From assembly GCA_963806155.1 (NCBI GenBank), contig CAWDXC010000011.1:129819-193818 (forward strand): 64,000 bases of DNA, read 5' to 3'. Position 1 is the first letter of the stretch, and the number at the start of each line of letters is the position of its first letter. The stretch comes from an uncultured Actinomycetes bacterium. GTDB taxonomy: Bacteria; Actinomycetota; Thermoleophilia; RBG-16-64-13. The translations under genes were made by a program, and so were the position numbers. Positions 55,646-64,000 of this stretch are shown in pieces. Under the pieces are notes generated by a model. The model ran no database searches, had not been told where the DNA came from, and worked only from the letters and a program-made list of their open reading frames with translations.

Positions 55646-55687
55646 AAACCAGAATGAGGAGGATTTCGATGAGCAGGGAGGGTTTCA

Positions 55688-57826
55688 ATGGGAAGTGAAC
55701 CGGAGAGCCGCTACTATTGTTACACCGATGCGGGTGGTACTTTCACCGACACGCTGCTGATCGACCAGCGGGGCGCTATGTGGAGCGGAAAGGCGCCTAC
55801 CACTCCTGCATCGCTCGACGAAGGCCACATAGCCTCCATCGAGGCTGCCCTCAGCGGGTTGGGCATCACTATGGAAGAGCTGCTCTCCCGGTCGGAGGTC
55901 ATTGCCTTCGGCACCACAGCCATCATCAACACGATCGTTCAGCGGTCTGGTGCGAGAGTGGGGGCGCTCATCACCAAGGGTTTCGAGAGGGTCCCCTCCA
56001 TAGGAAGGGCCTCCCAGAACTACAGCGAGTACAGCTGGAGCGACATCCTCCATTCGGCTACCCACCGCCACCTCGAAGACCTCGTCCCCTACCTGGACAT
56101 CATAGGGGTCACCGAGCGGATCGATGCCAACGGCAAGGCCTTCATCCCCCTCTATGAGCACGAGGTGCGAGAAGGGGTCAATAAGCTGATCGACAGGGGG
56201 GTGGAGTCGATCATCATCCTCTTCCTCTATTCGTATATGGACCCGAGCCACGAGCTCCGGGCCAAGGAGATCGCGGAAGAGGTCATCAAAGAGCGGGGAG
56301 CGGACATCCGGGTCTTCACGAGCTACGAAGTCAGCCCGACTATGAAGGAGCTCAGCCGGTTCAACACCCTGGCCGTGGAAGCATACGCAGGAGGGATCGC
56401 GAGGAAGTCCCTGGCCAAGTCGGAAGACCGCCTGATGAAGCTCGGCGCCAAGACGAGACTTCAGGCCACTCTGTCCCACGGGGGACTGATGCCGGCAGCG
56501 CATGTCCTCATGGTCGATACGGCCATGTCGGGGCCGGCGGGGGGCATCCTCGGCGGGAAATACCTGGGCGATGTGTACGGGTATAAGAACATCATCACCA
56601 GCGACGTGGGCGGGACCAGCTTCGACGTGGGTCTCATCACCGGGGGCAGGATCAACATCAAGACAGAGCCCATAGTGGCCCGTTTCATCCTGGCCGCGCC
56701 TTGCGCGGAGGTCACCTCCATCGGCGCCGGCGGGGGCACGATCGCCTATCTCGATCCCTTCACCAACAGGCTGAAGGTGGGCCCGCAGAGCGCCGGATCC
56801 GTCCCCGGCCCCGCCTGCTACGGGATGGGCGGAGAGAACCCCACGGTCACCGACGCCGACGTTGTGTTGGGGTATATCGACTCCGACTACTTCCTGGGCG
56901 GGAGGATGAAGCTGGACGGGTCCCTGGCGGAGAAGGCCATCAAGGAGAAGATCGCTGACCCCTTGGGCTTAAGCGTCATAGACGCCGCCACCGGCATCAA
57001 GGAGATCATCGACGCGGAGATGGAGAACTACTGCCGCAGCCTGATCAGCACCCGGGGATACGCCGTGGAGGACTACGTGCTCCTGGCCTTCGGCGGCGCC
57101 GGGCCCACCCACGCGGCCGGATACACCAAGAACACCAAGTACAAAGAAGTGATCATCACCCCCTTTGCCTCGGTCTTCTGTGCCTTCGGGGGGGCGACGG
57201 CGGACTACAGCCGCCAATACCTTAGAGCCACCCGTGTCTTCATCCCGTACATGGCTGACGAGGAGACCAAGAAGAGGCATGCACAGACGCTCAGTGACCT
57301 CTGGGCCGACCTGGAAGCGGTTGCCAAAGAAGAGATGGCAGCGGCCGGTTTCAACCTCAAGGAAGTGGAGTTCGAGCACCTGGCCTTCACTCGCTACGGA
57401 GGCCAGCTCGACGAGATCGTCTTCAGATCACCCCATGCGAGACTCAAGGACGCTCAAGCGCTGGACGACTTCGTGGATGCTTTCGAGACGGAGTACTCAA
57501 GCGTCTTTACTGCCACAGGCAAGTATCCCCAGGCAGGCTATCTCACCCAGCACGTGGGTCTTGTGGCTAAGGTGGCCAAGCCCAAGCCGGTGATCGCTGT
57601 CAAGACGAAAGCCAAATCCGACAACCCGGGCTTCAAAGGCACCAGGACGGCCGTGTTCGATCGAAAGCCCTCGAACACCGAGGTATATGAGATGTCGCAG
57701 TTGTCACCGGGACAGCGGGTGCAGGGACCGGCCATCATCGAGCACATCGATACTACAGTCGTGGTGCCGCCCGAGTGCCACGTGGACGTGGATCAGTATG
57801 GAATGCTTTTCCTAAGGAGGGCGTAG
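55688..57826 (+). CDS. Hydantoinase-A-family subunit of an acetone/acetophenone-carboxylase-like enzyme (AcxA/Apc-like)
   Basis: 712 aa. YCYTDAGGTFTD N-terminus. RBS GGGAGGG. Second hydantoinase A paralog in the window. Confidence 0.8.
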   Translation: MGSEPESRYYCYTDAGGTFTDTLLIDQRGAMWSGKAPTTPASLDEGHIASIEAALSGLGITMEELLSRSEVIAFGTTAIINTIVQRSGARVGALITKGFERVPSIGRASQNYSEYSWSDILHSATHRHLEDLVPYLDIIGVTERIDANGKAFIPLYEHEVREGVNKLIDRGVESIIILFLYSYMDPSHELRAKEIAEEVIKERGADIRVFTSYEVSPTMKELSRFNTLAVEAYAGGIARKSLAKSEDRLMKLGAKTRLQATLSHGGLMPAAHVLMVDTAMSGPAGGILGGKYLGDVYGYKNIITSDVGGTSFDVGLITGGRINIKTEPIVARFILAAPCAEVTSIGAGGGTIAYLDPFTNRLKVGPQSAGSVPGPACYGMGGENPTVTDADVVLGYIDSDYFLGGRMKLDGSLAEKAIKEKIADPLGLSVIDAATGIKEIIDAEMENYCRSLISTRGYAVEDYVLLAFGGAGPTHAAGYTKNTKYKEVIITPFASVFCAFGGATADYSRQYLRATRVFIPYMADEETKKRHAQTLSDLWADLEAVAKEEMAAAGFNLKEVEFEHLAFTRYGGQLDEIVFRSPHARLKDAQALDDFVDAFETEYSSVFTATGKYPQAGYLTQHVGLVAKVAKPKPVIAVKTKAKSDNPGFKGTRTAVFDRKPSNTEVYEMSQLSPGQRVQGPAIIEHIDTTVVVPPECHVDVDQYGMLFLRRA

Positions 57827-57829
57827 GCG

Positions 57830-59971
57830 ATGGGTGAACTGAAAGAGCGCATGCTGAGAAGAGAGGAAGACCTGGCGCAGGGCAGGTACCCGTCCCTGGA
57901 ACTGCATGAGCAGGACACGATCAAGTGGGAGGTCCTGTACACCCGCCTCCTCGGCATCGTGAACGAAGGCAGGGAGACCGGCCGCCTGATCAGCGCCTCA
58001 CCCACTGTGCGGGAGTTCGGTGAATGCGTCTTTTGCGTGTTTAGTCCCGAAGGGGACTGTGTGGCCTTCTCGAGAGGCATCCTGCTTCACTTCGCCAGCT
58101 TCCAGGCCACCGTCAAGTGGATGCTCGAAAACGACTACGAAGAAGATCCGGGGATCAGAGACGGCGACATCTTCTGCAACAACGATCCCCAGATCGGCGG
58201 GGCTCACTCCGCCGACGTGGCCACCATCATGCCGGTGTTCTATAAGGACAGGCTCGTGGCCTGGGTGGGGGGGCTCACCCACGTCATGGAAGTGGGGGGG
58301 ACCGAACCCGGTGGGACCTCCCCCTCCGCACTCAGCCGCTACGATGACGGCTTGATGTTCCCGGCTCAGAAGGTCGGCGAGAACGACAAGTTTCACAAGT
58401 TGTACCACCTCAACGTGGACCGGAACACGCGGGACAGCAAGTGGTGGATCATTGACGACCTGGCCAAACTCGGCGGCTGCACGAAGATGAAGAAGGCTCT
58501 CGTCGACCTGATCGACGAATACGGGATCGACTACTACGAGAAGGCTGTCTACGAGATGATCGAGGAGGGAAGGCGCTTCGCGATCAACAAGATCAAGACG
58601 GTCTTGTTCCCGGGCAAGTACCGCACGGTGGACTTCTACGATGTTCTCAACGCCGAGCAGCCCGTGCGGTTCCAGAAGAACTACTACGTTCACGAACCAC
58701 TGGAGATCGCGGTCACGAAAAGCGGAGAGCTGACGGTCGACTACGACGGGAGCAGTTCCCCTGGGTACCACGCCAACAATGCCTCCCTGATCTGCGCCAC
58801 GGGACTTCACATCTACCAGGTGCTCCAGGAAGTGCTCTATGACGGTCTGTTCAATGCCGGTGTAGTTCAGGCACTGAAGTTCAACTTCCCGCAGAACTGT
58901 GTGCTCAACCCGGATATCCAGTACGCGTGTTCCTGCTGGGCCACAGCGATGACAGCGGCGGGCGGCAGCTTCCAGCGGGCGCTCTCGCGGGCCTACTTCG
59001 CCAAGGGCTTCCGGGAAGAGGGGTTCGCTAGTAAGGCCATAACCGCCTCCGTGTTCGCCGGCGGGGTCGACGAGAACGACAGGATGTTCTCGGTGGCCAA
59101 CTTCGAGATGAACTCCTCCGGCGCCGCGGCGCAGAGCAACAAGGACGGACTGGATGCCTCGAACTCGGTGTGGAATCCCGAGGCGAACCTGTCGGATATC
59201 GAGCCCTTCGAGCCCATCTGGCCGCTAAAGTGGCTGGGGCGAGGGGTGCAGACCGATGGGGGCGGGTACGGCAAGCACCGGGGAGGGGCAACGATCACTT
59301 CTCTGTACGTGATCGAACCGCCGATCAAGTTCGTCGAGTCCGGGACCTTTCAAGGTGGCGACAAAGCGTTCGTCTCGCCAGGGACCATGGGTGGATACCC
59401 TGCCCCGACACGGTACCGCTACACGCTGGTGGATACGAACTTCGAGGAAGCGGCCCGGCAGCAGTTGCCGCTTCCCCACGACGAAGGCGATCCTGCCAAT
59501 CCTGACTTTGCCCGGCTCCTGAAGGGGACCTTGAAGAGAACCCCGGGGCAAAGCGCGAGCGTACAGTTCAAACGGTATGACGTGATCCATAACACGTCCG
59601 GCGGCGGCGGCGGTTGGGGCGATCCGCTGGAGCGGTCCCCGGAGATGGTGGTGCAGGAGCTGAATGAAGGGCTCACCTTCCCGAAAACGGCCGAGACGGT
59701 CTATGGTGTGGCCACGAAGAAGACCGACGATGGCCTTCTTGCCCTCGATGCGGAGAAGACAGCCACACTGAGAGAGAAGATAAGGAAGAACCGCCTGAAG
59801 AAAGCCGTCCCCACCAAAGAGTACCTGGCCAACGCGAGGAAGGACGTGGTCGAAGGCGATTTCGTACCCGTTGTCAAGGAGATGTACAACAACTGCTTCA
59901 ACAACTCTCCTCGATTCTTGAGGGAATACCGAGAGTTCTGGAATCTCCCCGACACCTTTGTCGGGTTCTAG
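57830..59971 (+). CDS. Hydantoinase-B-family large subunit (AcxB/Apc-like)
   Basis: 713 aa, longer than a classical HyuB. RBS AAGGAGG. Starts 4 nt after the upstream stop. Confidence 0.8.
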   Translation: MGELKERMLRREEDLAQGRYPSLELHEQDTIKWEVLYTRLLGIVNEGRETGRLISASPTVREFGECVFCVFSPEGDCVAFSRGILLHFASFQATVKWMLENDYEEDPGIRDGDIFCNNDPQIGGAHSADVATIMPVFYKDRLVAWVGGLTHVMEVGGTEPGGTSPSALSRYDDGLMFPAQKVGENDKFHKLYHLNVDRNTRDSKWWIIDDLAKLGGCTKMKKALVDLIDEYGIDYYEKAVYEMIEEGRRFAINKIKTVLFPGKYRTVDFYDVLNAEQPVRFQKNYYVHEPLEIAVTKSGELTVDYDGSSSPGYHANNASLICATGLHIYQVLQEVLYDGLFNAGVVQALKFNFPQNCVLNPDIQYACSCWATAMTAAGGSFQRALSRAYFAKGFREEGFASKAITASVFAGGVDENDRMFSVANFEMNSSGAAAQSNKDGLDASNSVWNPEANLSDIEPFEPIWPLKWLGRGVQTDGGGYGKHRGGATITSLYVIEPPIKFVESGTFQGGDKAFVSPGTMGGYPAPTRYRYTLVDTNFEEAARQQLPLPHDEGDPANPDFARLLKGTLKRTPGQSASVQFKRYDVIHNTSGGGGGWGDPLERSPEMVVQELNEGLTFPKTAETVYGVATKKTDDGLLALDAEKTATLREKIRKNRLKKAVPTKEYLANARKDVVEGDFVPVVKEMYNNCFNNSPRFLREYREFWNLPDTFVGF

Positions 59972-59993
59972 GGAGAAGAAGGAGAGAAAGACG

Positions 59994-60459
59994 ATGGCGA
60001 CAAGAAAGACTGCTTGGTCCAAAGACGTCCTTCGCGATCTCACCGACGGGAACCTTGACCTGCCGGTCCTTTTGGAGATGCAGCGGGGTGACAAGGAAGA
60101 TGACCGCTTCGAGGCGATCCTGGCGGTAGAGCAGGAGAAGGTCGGATGGCCAGAAAAGATCCTCGTGCCTATCGGTGAACATCTCTTCGTGGTGGAGAAG
60201 GGAGCCGACCGGGTCGTGAAGTGCAGTTGTGGCAATGAATTCGGCGACTACCGGCAGAACTGGAAACTGAACGCAGCCGTGTATGTGCGGGACACCGAAG
60301 AGAGTCTGGACGAGATTGTACCCGGGTCCCAGAAAGTGCGACGTCACCTGGATGGGCCTCAGGGAGTTCTACTGCCCGGGCTGCGGCACACTTCTTGAGA
60401 TAGAAGCTGTGCCGCCGGGCTATCCCCTGGTCTTCGACTTTCTACCGGAGCTTGACTGA
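59994..60459 (+). pseudogene. Acetone-carboxylase gamma-subunit-like small Zn-binding protein with a +1 frameshift near 60318
   Basis: RBS GAAGGAGAG-N6-ATG. Frame A gives …VKCSCGNEFGDYRQNWKLNAAVYVRDTEESLDEI, then drifts to a stop. The +1 frame gives …YPGPRKCDVTWMGLREFYCPGCGTLLEIEAVPPGYPLVFDFLPELD*, a plausible Cys4 zinc-site C-terminus. Confidence 0.55.
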
Positions 60460-60485
60460 GTCGTCCGGTAGGAGAGGTGAGCGCC

Positions 60486-61399
60486 ATGGAAAAGGTGATC
60501 GTCACCTGTGCCATAACCGGCGGTGCGTCCCCGGCGGGTAATCCCTATCTGCCGAAGTCACCGGCTGAGCAGGTGACCTCGGCCGTAGAGGCCTTCAATG
60601 CGGGGGCCTCGGTGATCCACATACATGGCAGGAATCCTGAGACAGGGATGGCGGACGCCGACGCCCGCTTCATAGCGGACGCCGTTGCACCCATCAAGCA
60701 GCAGTGCCCGGGAGTGATCATCAACGTGTCGACCGGGGGCTCGGGAAAACGCTACGACGGTGACCATCTGTTCGAGGAGAACCCCAAGGAGAGCGTCAAG
60801 GGCAGGATCTCGGTCATAGCCGAACTGTCCAAGCGACCCCGAGACGAAACCCGACCTGGCGTCGTTCAACGCCGGGTCGCCGGTCATCGACATCTACAGC
60901 CGCAGCCAGAAAGACTGGCTCCTGAAGTTCGTGATGGTGCACACCTTCAACGACATGGCCTACATGGCCCAGGTCATGCAGGAGTGCGGGGTAAAGCCTG
61001 AGTTCGAATGTTATGACGTGGGGATGATCAACAACGTGCTCACCCTGAAGGAACTGGGGTATGTAAACGATCGCCGCTCTACTTCCAGTGCGTTATGGGG
61101 GTGATGGGGTGTATCCCGGCGACGCCGGACAACTTGTTGCACATGGTCCGGCAGATACCCAAGGAATACCCTGGTCGGTATGCGCGGTGGGCGCGGCCGA
61201 ATACCCCATGGTGACCATGGGCCTGGTCATGGGTGGCAACGTCCGGGTGGGATTCGAAGACAACATCTACCTGAATCCCGGCGTCCCGGCCAAGTCGAAC
61301 GCCGAGATGGTGGAAAAAGCCGTCAGGCTGGCCAAAGAGCTGGGACGAGAGATCGCCTCCCCGGAGGAGGCGCGCGCGATCCTGGGATTGGCCGGCTGA
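60486..61399 (+). pseudogene. Beta-keto-acid cleavage enzyme (BKACE/DUF849; 3-keto-5-aminohexanoate cleavage enzyme family) with three frameshifts
   Basis: N-terminus MEKVIVTCAITGG…PEQVTSAVEAFNAGASVIHIHGR is in frame 0. The middle (DPETKPDLASFNAGSPVIDIY…) is in +1 from ~60826. A further segment ([34 protein letters not shown]) follows ~61071. The C-terminus ([34 protein letters not shown]…[11 protein letters not shown]) follows ~61176. Confidence 0.65.
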
Positions 61400-61497
61400 T
61401 AGGGGACTGACACGGTGGGGCGTCGTCCGCCGGTGAAAGGTGGGCGGCGTCCCCACTGTCTCGGTTCGTCATAGACGAAGGGAGGAGCGAGATCGAA

Positions 61498-62416
61498 ATG
61501 TCCAGTTTCTTCAACGTAGCCATGGTGCAGATCACGTGCGACCTCACAAATGGAGATCTCGAGTCACGTAAAGTCGCACAGATAGCCAAGATCGACCGGT
61601 ACTTTGACACGGTTTTGAACATCAATCCAACCGTCGATCTCTTCGTCCTTCCTGAGACCCCTGTCTCCGGCTACGATCTCGCCAATTGGGCGAGGCTTGC
61701 AGAGACCATCCCGGGTCCCACAAGTGACTACTTCTGCCAGAAGGCGCGAGAGATGGGCAAGTGGATCTGCCCCGGCTCGATCATAGAGAAGGTAGCCGGC
61801 TCCGATGACACCCGCAACACAGCTCTGCTCATATCGCCGGCCGGCGAGATTGTCATGAGAGATCAGCAAACGCTTCGTACCCTACCCCTTCGAGACGGCC
61901 GTACGAGGGAACGAGTTTCCCGTGTTCAGCATCCCTGGCGTGGGCAAAGTCGGCATCATGAACTGCGCTGACACAGCGGTTCCTGAAGTGGCGCGCAATC
62001 TGGCCTTCAACGGAGCTGAGATCATAGTCAACGTCCTCTGCCAAGGCATCTTCATCGGTGGTCTTCGCCACCGTGTTCCAGTCACTCAGGTCAGGGCTAC
62101 AGAGAACCAGTGCTATGTCGTGGCGGTGAACCAGGCGGCTCCCGAGGGCATGGGGCACTCCACTATCTGCGATCCGGAGGGTCGGGTTCTTGAGGAGTTA
62201 GAAGAGGCGGAGTCGTTTGCGGTTGTGTCGCTGAACCTGGAAGAGGTACGACGGGTCCGAGAGTTCGGCTCGTTCGGTTGTCGCGTTCGGTTTCTCAACC
62301 TCACCCGGGATTGGCAGGTGCAGGGAGGGGCGCTGGATGCGTGCTATCGTCGGGGACTGGAGAACGCACCGGTCTTTGACAACCAGTCTGGCCCGGCTCC
62401 CCAGGAAGGCCGATAA
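61498..62416 (+). pseudogene. Carbon-nitrogen hydrolase (nitrilase superfamily) with one frameshift near 61865
   Basis: N-terminal part to …LISPAGEIVM is in one frame. …RFVPYPFETAVRGNEFPVFSIPGVGKVGIMNCADTAVPE (catalytic Cys in MNCAD) is in the next frame. RBS GGGAGGAG. Confidence 0.6.
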
Positions 62417-62579
62417 GATCACAGCCTGCTCATCTCGGCTATCAGAGATGCGAACCCGGTCGTGTTCCTGTAACACAAGATGCTCCATGCGCTGAAGCGG
62501 GGGTCCCTGAGGGCGAAGATGAGTGGCTTAGCGCGGACTGCCTGCCGCGCCTCGCGTTATGGAGAGGGGGCCCAGGAGG

Positions 62580-64000
62580 ATGTCTCAACCGTTATCGCTC
62601 GAAAAGGCGGGCAGCGTCTCTGCTCTGATAGCAGCCTCAATAGCGGCGGGCAAGACGGCCCTGGACGAATGGGAGTCTAAGATGCTTCTCGCCGCCTACG
62701 GCATCCCCGTACCCGATGGGGCCCTGGTGACGAGCGAAGCGGAGGCCGTCGAGGCAGCAGCTCGGATAGGCGGCCGAGTGGCCATGAAGGGCATCGCGTC
62801 GGAGATCCACCACAAGACCGAGGCCGGCTTGGTCGTCCTCGGCATTCTAGGTCGCAAGATGGTGGTGGAAACGTACCGACAGCTGGAGAACCGGGCAACT
62901 GGCGCGATCCGCGGAGTGCTTGTCGAGCAGATGCTCGTGAGTAACCGGGAACTGATGGTGGGGATGAAGCGTGACCCCGCATTTGGGCCGGTGGTGGCGT
63001 TCGGGTTGGGCGGGGTGCTGACCGAAGCGCTTGGCGATGTGGTGCTGGCTCTCGCCCCCCTTGGTGAGCGTGACGCCGAGGAGCTTCCGGGGTTGATCCG
63101 GGCCCAACGGCTGCTCGGACCTTTCCGTGGCTATCCGGCAGTCGATAGGGGGGCGCTCGCGAAAGTCGTCCAAGTTATCGGGCAGATAGCCCTCGACCAC
63201 CCCGCGATCGCTGAGATAGATATCAACCCGCTGCTCGTTCACGGGGACCAGCCGGTGGCGGCGGACGCACTGGTCATCCTAGCGCAGCTGGCGGGGCCTG
63301 AACCTAAGAAAAGCTCGTTCGTTCCCAACATGAAAGCCCTGCTCGCCCCGCGCTCCGTAACAGTCGTGGGTGCGTCCAGCGATATTGCCAGGTGGGGCGG
63401 GTCCGTCCTTCGCTCCATCCTCGACGGGGGCTACACTGGCAAGATCTACCCGGTCAGCCCTAAGGGCAGCGAGTTCTTCGGGCTTCAGTGTTATCCCAGC
63501 ATCGAAGCGTTGCCCGAGGTCCCCGATCTCGCTCTGCTGGCGGTGGGCGGCCATCAGATTGCTCCCACGCTGGAACAATGCGGCCGCAAGGGTATCCCGG
63601 CCGCTGTAGCCATCGCCGCCGGCTTTTCCGAGACCGGGGAGGCCGGAGCCGAGGCCGAGCGCGAGATAGCCCGGATCGCCATCGAGCATGGAGTCACTCT
63701 CATCGGCCCCAACTGCATGGGGCTAGTCTCCAACGAGAGTCAGCTCCATGCCATAGGCTTCATCGTGACGCATCCGAAGAAGGGCAGATTAAGCGTGGCT
63801 TCTCAATCGGGCAACATCGGAGTGCAGATCGTGAAAGCGTGTGAACGGCGGGGAATAGGCCTTGAGAAGTTCATCAGCGTGGGTAACGAGGCCCAGGTCA
63901 CTGCCATGGATGCCCTCGACTATCTGCGGGACGATCCTCATACGGAATGCGCGATGCTGTACCTGGAAGGTGTGGACGACGGTCTCCAGTTTCTCCGCTC
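62580..64000 (+). CDS. NDP-forming acyl-CoA synthetase (acetate--CoA ligase family: ATP-grasp domain followed by CoA-binding/ligase domains), extends beyond the window
   Basis: Open frame from ATG 62580 (alternative ATG 62559) to the window end. ATP-grasp segment …SKMLLAAYGIPVPDG…, then CoA-binding VTVVGASSDIARWGGSVLRSILDGGYTGKIYPVSPKG and …IGPNCMGLVS…. Confidence 0.7.
   Translation, partial: MSQPLSLEKAGSVSALIAASIAAGKTALDEWESKMLLAAYGIPVPDGALVTSEAEAVEAAARIGGRVAMKGIASEIHHKTEAGLVVLGILGRKMVVETYRQLENRATGAIRGVLVEQMLVSNRELMVGMKRDPAFGPVVAFGLGGVLTEALGDVVLALAPLGERDAEELPGLIRAQRLLGPFRGYPAVDRGALAKVVQVIGQIALDHPAIAEIDINPLLVHGDQPVAADALVILAQLAGPEPKKSSFVPNMKALLAPRSVTVVGASSDIARWGGSVLRSILDGGYTGKIYPVSPKGSEFFGLQCYPSIEALPEVPDLALLAVGGHQIAPTLEQCGRKGIPAAVAIAAGFSETGEAGAEAEREIARIAIEHGVTLIGPNCMGLVSNESQLHAIGFIVTHPKKGRLSVASQSGNIGVQIVKACERRGIGLEKFISVGNEAQVTAMDALDYLRDDPHTECAMLYLEGVDDGLQFLR

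Noticed and set aside
62480-62680. The 66-aa ORF at 62480-62680
   Set aside because: It is in a different frame from the long uninterrupted acyl-CoA-synthetase frame that starts at 62580 (or 62559) and runs to the window end. It is spurious.
1-64000. CRISPR arrays, rRNA genes, prophage structural genes
   Set aside because: There are no regularly spaced short repeats, no rRNA-like conserved stretches, and no capsid, terminase or portal-like ORFs. The only regular repeat is the 24-nt coding repeat at 50952-51047.

Overview
High-GC (~62%) bacterial chromosomal segment, probably Actinobacteria- or Chloroflexi-like and anaerobic or facultative; not a phage or plasmid. No rRNA, tRNA or CRISPR was found by eye. 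Three blocks are visible. Block 1 (1-16352) is a redox-enzyme locus. It holds a GlcD/GlcF-like FAD/Fe-S oxidase set, two tandem 'FAD flavoprotein + 2[4Fe-4S] ferredoxin' modules separated by a decayed URO-D-like pseudogene, and a pyrogallol-phloroglucinol transhydroxylase large-subunit (AthL)-like molybdoenzyme. It also holds a Liv-type lipoprotein binding protein, a MerR-TetR fusion regulator and an ACMSD-family amidohydrolase. Block 2 (~16796-31215) is an accessory region of decayed mobile elements. It contains a multiply frameshifted large serine recombinase, one truncated IS copy with a rve-type DDE transposase, and three further remnants of the same IS end. It also contains an IclR gene truncated by the IS, a MazEF toxin-antitoxin pair, a DnaQ-like exonuclease stub, an overlapping nucleotidyltransferase + winged-helix two-gene module with a partial duplicate, an MmpL transporter and a frameshifted SIMPL lipoprotein. 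Block 3 (31359-64000) is catabolic. It holds a hydantoinase A/B pair, a QueG-like Fe-S protein and a minus-strand array of a second AthL-like molybdoenzyme, a small beta-rich ORF, an aryl/acyl-CoA ligase, porGDAB and a CocE/NonD hydrolase. A complete but low-GC liv ABC transporter follows, then an acetone/acetophenone-carboxylase-like three-gene cluster, a beta-keto-acid cleavage enzyme, a nitrilase and an NDP-forming acyl-CoA synthetase. The last four of these genes carry five frameshifts within 1.6 kb. The most promising lead is an apparently undescribed anaerobic polyphenol or ketone catabolic system. It is built around two AthL-like hydroxylases that lack a canonical Fe-S beta subunit and appear to use separate ferredoxin and small beta-sandwich ORFs instead. 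These are combined with ACMSD-type decarboxylases, Acx-like carboxylases and a BKACE. Annotated ORFs carry 17 or more frameshifts or in-frame stops in total, so the assembly shows either real gene decay or indel-prone sequencing; all pseudogene calls carry that caveat.
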